From positions 1-64,000 of the IMG/VR virus record IMGVR_UViG_3300005748_000015: a stretch of 64,000 nucleotides of DNA; one strand, written 5' to 3'. The position numbers were made by a program, and so were the translations under genes. The notes under the pieces are model-generated. The model was not told the DNA's origin and searched no databases. It saw nothing but the letters and a program-made list of their open reading frames with translations. The DNA comes from a virus. Numbering within the stretch: position 1 is the first letter of the stretch; every line of letters begins with the position of its first letter. This document shows positions 58,278 through 64,000 of this stretch, one piece after another.

Positions 58278-59036
58278 TTAAGCGTTTGCGGCTATTTTCT
58301 TCAAGGCTTCGCCAACTCCTTCTGAGTCAACATCTGTTAAATTTGCAATTGTATTAAAATCCTCTAAATCAGAATCGCCAGCTATAACCCTGACAATTCT
58401 AGGATTGATCTTTATAATATCACGTGATAATGTTTGAATCAAGGAAAAATCCTCTGAATAAATCAAAATAGGTACAATTTTTGATCTATAATTTTTATTT
58501 ACAGCTTCTTGAGCTGTTCTTTCTAGTGCATCAAGAGCTACTACCTCTCCACCAACAATATCATTGAGAGCATCTCTAACTACTAAAACCATCTCATCTT
58601 CATTTTTTACAACCCTTTGGTATTTAGAATTGAACATTAAGGAGTTATAAGACAAGACATCTAACGCTTTCATTTTCTTTTCAAGCACATTATCTACGAC
58701 ATCAAATATAGAAGCGTTAACAGTTTTACCCTTGTAAAGCTGTGGATGGATATCATTTACAATTTCTTTTGCAAGAGTTTCACCAGAGATTGAAAAGCAC
58801 CCAAAGTCTTGTTTGGCAATATTTCCAAATGATTCAGACTCACTACCAGTTACCAGTATAAAAACAGCTCTGTTTAAAATTTCGTTTTTATAATCAATGT
58901 AAAGGCCTTCAAGTTTGTTCTTGGCAGAATCTACTTGTCCTTTTTTATAAGGATAAGCTCTAGGACTTACTTGGCTAAGATCAGTTTCTGCAATTTGTTT
59001 TTGTTTGTTAATTTCATCTAAAATTTGTTCTAACAT
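58278..59036 (-). CDS. Hypothetical protein, degenerate P-loop kinase-like
   Basis: FILVTG...FG..ISG..L..E resembles NMP kinases but lacks GK. Confidence 0.45.
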   Translation of the reverse strand: MLEQILDEINKQKQIAETDLSQVSPRAYPYKKGQVDSAKNKLEGLYIDYKNEILNRAVFILVTGSESESFGNIAKQDFGCFSISGETLAKEIVNDIHPQLYKGKTVNASIFDVVDNVLEKKMKALDVLSYNSLMFNSKYQRVVKNEDEMVLVVRDALNDIVGGEVVALDALERTAQEAVNKNYRSKIVPILIYSEDFSLIQTLSRDIIKINPRIVRVIAGDSDLEDFNTIANLTDVDSEGVGEALKKIAANA

Positions 59037-59169
59037 TAAATACTCCTATATAAATTTTTGTACAACTATAATACCATACACAGCTAAAATAAAAAAGCAA
59101 ACAATAGTACTGGTCAACAAAAGGGCCAGTAAAATATGGCTTAATTCTCTAAATATAAACTTTATAAAA

Positions 59170-59403
59170 TCATATAATATCAAAATATTTTCTAACATCT
59201 TCTTCATTTTTGTATAAATTTATTTCTTCTTCCATGTTTACAATTCCATTATAGCTGTTTGGAAATTGTTTTTCGGAAACAAACCTACCCGATTTATAAT
59301 TTATTTCTAAAACATAATTTTGCTCATCATATGTAATATATGTTATCAAAAAACAATCTTTAGATATTTGTTTAGATTCTAACTTTGTTTTTAAATCTAA
59401 CAA
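59170..59403 (-). CDS. Hypothetical protein (TTG start)
   Basis: AGGAGGT RBS and TGTGATATTAT promoter upstream. Confidence 0.7.
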   Translation of the reverse strand: MLDLKTKLESKQISKDCFLITYITYDEQNYVLEINYKSGRFVSEKQFPNSYNGIVNMEEEINLYKNEEDVRKYFDII

Positions 59404-59441
59404 TGTTACCTCCTATTAAAAATATAATATCACACATTTTT

Positions 59442-62400
59442 TTAAACAATATCTTCTACTATTAAATCTTCAATATTTGTGTGATAATTTTCTTTGTTCA
59501 TTCTTCTACGCATAAACAAAAATACTACAGAATTTTTACTCAAGTTATCTGGATATTTCAAAACACCCGTTTCATAATCAGGCCATACTACCAACTCATC
59601 TAAATATCCATCAACATCAACAATTAATTTAAGAGCTTTTTTCTCACCATTTTTATAAGAAAACTCTTTAGATTCAACAACATACGCTGCCACACAGAAT
59701 TCTATGATTTTATCGCTGTCAGGTTGATATTCAATATTTTTAATATTTTGATAGGCCTTGCCATTAATCAGTCTTGTTTCTTTGCCATAACTACTAATAG
59801 CAAAGCTTGAAACGCTAGTGTTTATAATTTTTACAGTTTTACAATTTTTTTTGATGATATCCGTCAGCTGTATTGGCATTGTTGGGAATATCGATTTTTT
59901 TAATATAAAATCTTTGACTCGATTCATAAAAATATATTTCTCATCAATCTTGCCTTCTTTAATGACATGTTTACAGCGTGAAGTTTTAGGATGCTCTTTT
60001 GCAGCCTGAATAAATTTATCAATGGGTTGATCCCAATAAACTTCATTTTCAGACTTTTTCATAATTTTATCTTTATATTTATAAACTTCTACAGCGTTTT
60101 CAAACTCTTGCATTTTTTCCATCAAGTTAGAGTCAGGTTTAAAAAGACTATCTAAAACACCTACATGTATTAGTTTAAGTGTTAAAGAATGGCCTACAGC
60201 TTTTTTATCTACAAAATCTTGTATATCCTTATAAGGTCTACCATTTGTAATCTTATTAGCTACTTTCTCTCCAAGCCCTTTTAATACCGATAGTTTACTT
60301 CTAATAGTGCCAGAATTATAATCAATCACCATCTCTTCTTTTGACAAGTTGATATCTGGTGGCGATAAAATACCCCTAACATGTGGCCATAATACTTCTG
60401 TGATTTCTTTCTCTTCTGCATTTGACAGTACAGCTGCCCACCATTCTAATGGATAGTGATGTTTTAAATATGCACAAGCATATGCAATCATGGCATAGGC
60501 AACAGCGTGTGATTTGTTAAAACCATATCTACCAAATGTCTCAATCATTCCCCAAACTTCTGTCGCTGTTTTTTCATCAACAATACCATTGTTAACAGAA
60601 GCTTCAATAAATTGAGGTTTAAGCTCTTGAATCATTCTTAGTTTTTTCTTACCAACGGCAATACGAACATCTTCGGCTTTCTCGTCGTCCCACCCTGTCA
60701 TTTCCTTGGTAAGCTTTGTAACCTGTTCTTGATAGACAAAAACACCCTGAGTCTCAGGTAAAAGTCTATTAAGGATTTCAATCTCACCCTTACTTCGACC
60801 GTGTACACGTTCGATATATTCTTCGGCCATATTACGACCTGTCTTTTCATCAACAAAGTCTAATGGCCCTGGTCTTACAAGCGATGTAACAACCGCACAT
60901 TCTTCGATTGTTTTGGGCTTCATTTCCATTACGAATGGTGTAACCGATGTAGTATTTAATTGAAATACGGTTTCAGTCTTGCCTTCGCCAAGCATTTGAA
61001 ATACTTCAGGCTCTTCGGGTAAATCCCATATATAACAATATCCACCTTTATGATTAAAATATCCTGATTCTAATTTTTTATCCGAATCTTGTCGGTGGTT
61101 AATATATTTTAATGCCAATTCAATATCATTAAGACACTTAACAACTAGAAAATCGTACTTGTTTAGACCAGCCGCCTCAACTTCTGATGGCTCATATTGA
61201 GTTACGTTTTCATTGTCACCAACTTTCATTAAAGGAATAGTCTCAGTCAAAGCTTTTTCTGACAACACAAATCCACAATTATGAACTAGAATTCCATTTA
61301 TATATCCAACATTTTCTAAGGGTTCGTTAAAATCCCATACAGGAGATTTTCCATAATCTTCTATGTACAGACATTTTATCTTATTTGGTTTATATATTGT
61401 CCATTTAGCATCTTCTATTATTTGTCTTAGTCTTTTAGACTTATAATCTTGATAAAAACCTACTAAATTTTCAAAAGCAATTTTGTTTGTAACATGCGGT
61501 ATTGAAAGTGTTGCTGTGGATTTACTTGTATAAACTCCATTGTAGTGTTCGGTTTCTTTGGGTTTAGAATAAGAACAACTCGTATTAATATCGTGAGAAT
61601 TTAACCAAATTGCAATGTCTGAAATTAATAACTTAGAAGTTAATTTAATTGCAACAGTAGGTCTTGTTGATAAACAATATCCATTAGCACTAAATAAACC
61701 GCACATAAAATCTCTTTGACACTTCAGGTTCCACTCCCAAAAAACACGAGGCAGTCTTTTACTATGTGTTTTTTGGTTAATTTTAAACTCTACTGGAAGG
61801 TTGTAGGTTTTATATTTATCTTTTCTTTTTTTATCAGATGTTATTTTATAACCTTTTTTATTTAACCAACTAAATATTCTTTTCTTTGCTGCATCATCTT
61901 TTTTTGGAGTAAAATAAAACTCAAACCTATCTTTATCCGATTTTATATATGCCCCATCATTTAAAAACCACCCCAAAGCAAAAGCCATATCACTTTCTAC
62001 TTCCCCATCTTCAGAAGTGTTAATAAATGGTTTATAAGATACAGTTTCGCCTTTTAAATCCTTAGCTTCAATTTCTTTATCTCCAACCATAAACCTATGA
62101 TCTGGTGTACATTGAATTGACACTCCATTATTCATAGATACAACTACAGTATCTTTTACTCCAGAATACCATGTTTTAATAGGTTTATTATCAGCAAATT
62201 CTGGGGCTAAATCTATAAAATCAACTTTACCATTGCTGTCCACTAAAGTACCAGATGCAAAACACGCATGTCGCCCATTTTGTCTTGATATACCCAGAGT
62301 GCGCTTGACAATTTCCCATTCGTCAGGTCTTTCTTTTGTGTATTTTAATAACTTGTAATCTTTTTCTAACAACCCTGGAATATGATTTCCATCACTATCT

Positions 62401-64000
62401 TCATATCCAAACACAAAATCTTGATCTGATATACCTTGCGGAGTAGCCTCAATTGATTTGGCAAGTTTTTCTATTTCATCCTCGACCGATCCATATTTAA
62501 ACCTATTAACATCTCTAATAGCTGACTTAAGTTTCATAAGAGTACGGGTAGATAACTGTGCCCATCTGTCTTTGTAATTGTTTTCAAAGAACCCATCAGA
62601 CCCTATAAGCAAATCTCTGTCAGGCAAATCAACGTCAACATCGGGTAAAGTACCCTTAAGAATACGTCCTAATGTTAGGAATCTTGAAAAATATAGACCG
62701 TATTTAATAGGGTCTACCTGTGTTATACCCATACAATACATGAGAAAAGAACCGCCAGCAGAACCCCTTGCAGGACCTACAACACGTCCTTGATCAGTAT
62801 AATAATTTAAAACTTTACTAATTGGAAAAAAATATGGCAGCAAATCAAGCTTGCCATTATTATGAATGACTTCTATTTCATGTCTCAGTCTTTTTACATG
62901 CTCAGGATTTTTTTCGTCAAATCTGCCGATACTTTTAATTAAATCCATTGTAGCTTTTAAATTATTGTCGTGCTCTTTTACAAGTTGATAGTCGTATTCA
63001 AGTTTAAAATCATCAAAATTACTAGCCCACTTGTAGCTATTTTCTGTTAGTGTTTGTATAAAATCTACATGGTAATGCTTACTAAAGTACACATTTACAT
63101 CGTTATTTGATCTCATATATAGTTTAGTATACATTCTACAGTCATCACCAAGCTTTAAATCTTGAACTAATTTATCGTCTTTGTTTGCAAAATATGAATA
63201 GTCATTTATAAGCAATAAAAACCCGTACTTTTTAGACAGCATGATCATAAAATCATTGTACTTTTTAAATATGTCGGTATCAATATCTTTAAAATCTTTA
63301 TGATTACAGGCAGATACAATATCTTTGTTTACATTATACCCTATTCCATTTACATATATTCTTTTGATAGATTTGTGCTTGCCATGTTTTTCAGCCACTT
63401 CTTCTAGTGATACCCTAAATGTTTTAGCGTAGCTAGTTTCTGCCATAAGCGAAGAATCAAGCGTTGCCGTTTCACCATTGACAAATGTAAATATACTAGA
63501 AGTTACCCATTTTTTATTTAACTCCATTGGCAAGATAGAACCGTATAAATTTTTGCCAAACATTTCATGGAGTTTTTTACAAATTTTTGCACCGACAACA
63601 GGCTCGTTAACAAGTAAGTTTTTAGTTACGATATCCTGTGGCCCACCTAAAGATACCGTAAATTCTTTTGTTGAAAAATCTTTTAGATCATTCCAGTTAA
63701 AAGTAGGATATTCTTGATCCAATATTTGGATTGTGTCTCTATTTTTTTCTGATATTTTTTTGACAAGAAATTGGTAAGCATTTTGTGTTTTGGCATGAAC
63801 AGTAATTGTATAGTATTTGATTTGTTCAGCTTTTGTACCTTTAATAATGTCACATTCTTTATCGACAAAATAAAGCTCACAGCCAGCAATAAATTTAAGA
63901 CCTTCCTGTTTAGCCTTACTATAGCCTTTCATGATATTGGTTAAATAACCGTTGTCGGTACAAACACAATATCCTGTATCTAGCTCTTTTGCTTTTTTAA
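59442..64000 (-). CDS. dnaE: DNA polymerase III alpha subunit with intein, 5' end beyond the window
   Basis: GPARGSAGG, PDVDVD, GVFVYQEQ, YGFNKSHA; frame stays open upstream of 63932 (KAKEL..TDNG, PHP domain). Confidence 0.95.
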   Translation of the reverse strand, partial: KKAKELDTGYCVCTDNGYLTNIMKGYSKAKQEGLKFIAGCELYFVDKECDIIKGTKAEQIKYYTITVHAKTQNAYQFLVKKISEKNRDTIQILDQEYPTFNWNDLKDFSTKEFTVSLGGPQDIVTKNLLVNEPVVGAKICKKLHEMFGKNLYGSILPMELNKKWVTSSIFTFVNGETATLDSSLMAETSYAKTFRVSLEEVAEKHGKHKSIKRIYVNGIGYNVNKDIVSACNHKDFKDIDTDIFKKYNDFMIMLSKKYGFLLLINDYSYFANKDDKLVQDLKLGDDCRMYTKLYMRSNNDVNVYFSKHYHVDFIQTLTENSYKWASNFDDFKLEYDYQLVKEHDNNLKATMDLIKSIGRFDEKNPEHVKRLRHEIEVIHNNGKLDLLPYFFPISKVLNYYTDQGRVVGPARGSAGGSFLMYCMGITQVDPIKYGLYFSRFLTLGRILKGTLPDVDVDLPDRDLLIGSDGFFENNYKDRWAQLSTRTLMKLKSAIRDVNRFKYGSVEDEIEKLAKSIEATPQGISDQDFVFGYEDSDGNHIPGLLEKDYKLLKYTKERPDEWEIVKRTLGISRQNGRHACFASGTLVDSNGKVDFIDLAPEFADNKPIKTWYSGVKDTVVVSMNNGVSIQCTPDHRFMVGDKEIEAKDLKGETVSYKPFINTSEDGEVESDMAFALGWFLNDGAYIKSDKDRFEFYFTPKKDDAAKKRIFSWLNKKGYKITSDKKRKDKYKTYNLPVEFKINQKTHSKRLPRVFWEWNLKCQRDFMCGLFSANGYCLSTRPTVAIKLTSKLLISDIAIWLNSHDINTSCSYSKPKETEHYNGVYTSKSTATLSIPHVTNKIAFENLVGFYQDYKSKRLRQIIEDAKWTIYKPNKIKCLYIEDYGKSPVWDFNEPLENVGYINGILVHNCGFVLSEKALTETIPLMKVGDNENVTQYEPSEVEAAGLNKYDFLVVKCLNDIELALKYINHRQDSDKKLESGYFNHKGGYCYIWDLPEEPEVFQMLGEGKTETVFQLNTTSVTPFVMEMKPKTIEECAVVTSLVRPGPLDFVDEKTGRNMAEEYIERVHGRSKGEIEILNRLLPETQGVFVYQEQVTKLTKEMTGWDDEKAEDVRIAVGKKKLRMIQELKPQFIEASVNNGIVDEKTATEVWGMIETFGRYGFNKSHAVAYAMIAYACAYLKHHYPLEWWAAVLSNAEEKEITEVLWPHVRGILSPPDINLSKEEMVIDYNSGTIRSKLSVLKGLGEKVANKITNGRPYKDIQDFVDKKAVGHSLTLKLIHVGVLDSLFKPDSNLMEKMQEFENAVEVYKYKDKIMKKSENEVYWDQPIDKFIQAAKEHPKTSRCKHVIKEGKIDEKYIFMNRVKDFILKKSIFPTMPIQLTDIIKKNCKTVKIINTSVSSFAISSYGKETRLINGKAYQNIKNIEYQPDSDKIIEFCVAAYVVESKEFSYKNGEKKALKLIVDVDGYLDELVVWPDYETGVLKYPDNLSKNSVVFLFMRRRMNKENYHTNIEDLIVEDIV
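61278..62264 (-). mobile_element. Intein (329 aa) with LAGLIDADG endonuclease in dnaE
   Basis: RHA|CFASGT ... CTPDH ... LGWFLNDG, GLFSANG ... LVHN|CG. Confidence 0.92.

Noticed and set aside
5962-63889. Many 60-125 aa ORFs antisense or out of frame within long genes
   Set aside because: Shadow ORFs with no RBS or recognisable motifs
1-64000. Stop-codon reassignment
   Set aside because: Long genes are intact in code 11, and TAA, TAG and TGA all end genes
1-64000. Specific host assignment (e.g. Bdellovibrionota)
   Set aside because: Lipoproteins, sigma54 sites and low GC suggest an RpoN-containing, probably diderm host, but do not identify a taxon without searches

Overview
A 64 kb slice of a large, AT-rich, contractile-tailed (myovirus-like) phage genome in the standard genetic code. 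(1) 1-2540 is a mostly non-coding regulatory or terminus-like block. It holds three small + strand genes, about 10 copies of a TGTAA-N3-TTACA palindrome, two face-to-face sigma54 (-24/-12) elements and clustered short repeats. (2) 4815-44286 is a + strand tail module: tape measure, hub, spike, tube-initiator/LysM/gp25 fusion, a 2815-aa baseplate-J protein, wedge, tube-like protein, a 1762-aa fibre/baseplate protein, several fibre and tail-collar genes, a Gly-rich protein and a 2OG-Fe(II) oxygenase. The module is interrupted by small-gene islands and two GIY-YIG homing endonucleases. (3) 44289-64000 is a - strand early/replication arm: YqeY, DenV-like glycosylase, thermonuclease, PLP aminotransferase, ClpP, primase, helicase, sigma-like factor, RecA/UvsX, SSB and an intein-containing DnaE cut by the window edge. 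The most unusual signals are a recursively nested ('matryoshka') domain architecture inside the baseplate-J protein, the sigma54/palindrome array, and a candidate anti-Shine-Dalgarno sRNA matching the RBS of the sigma-like gene. All assignments come from reading motifs by eye; no database searches were run.
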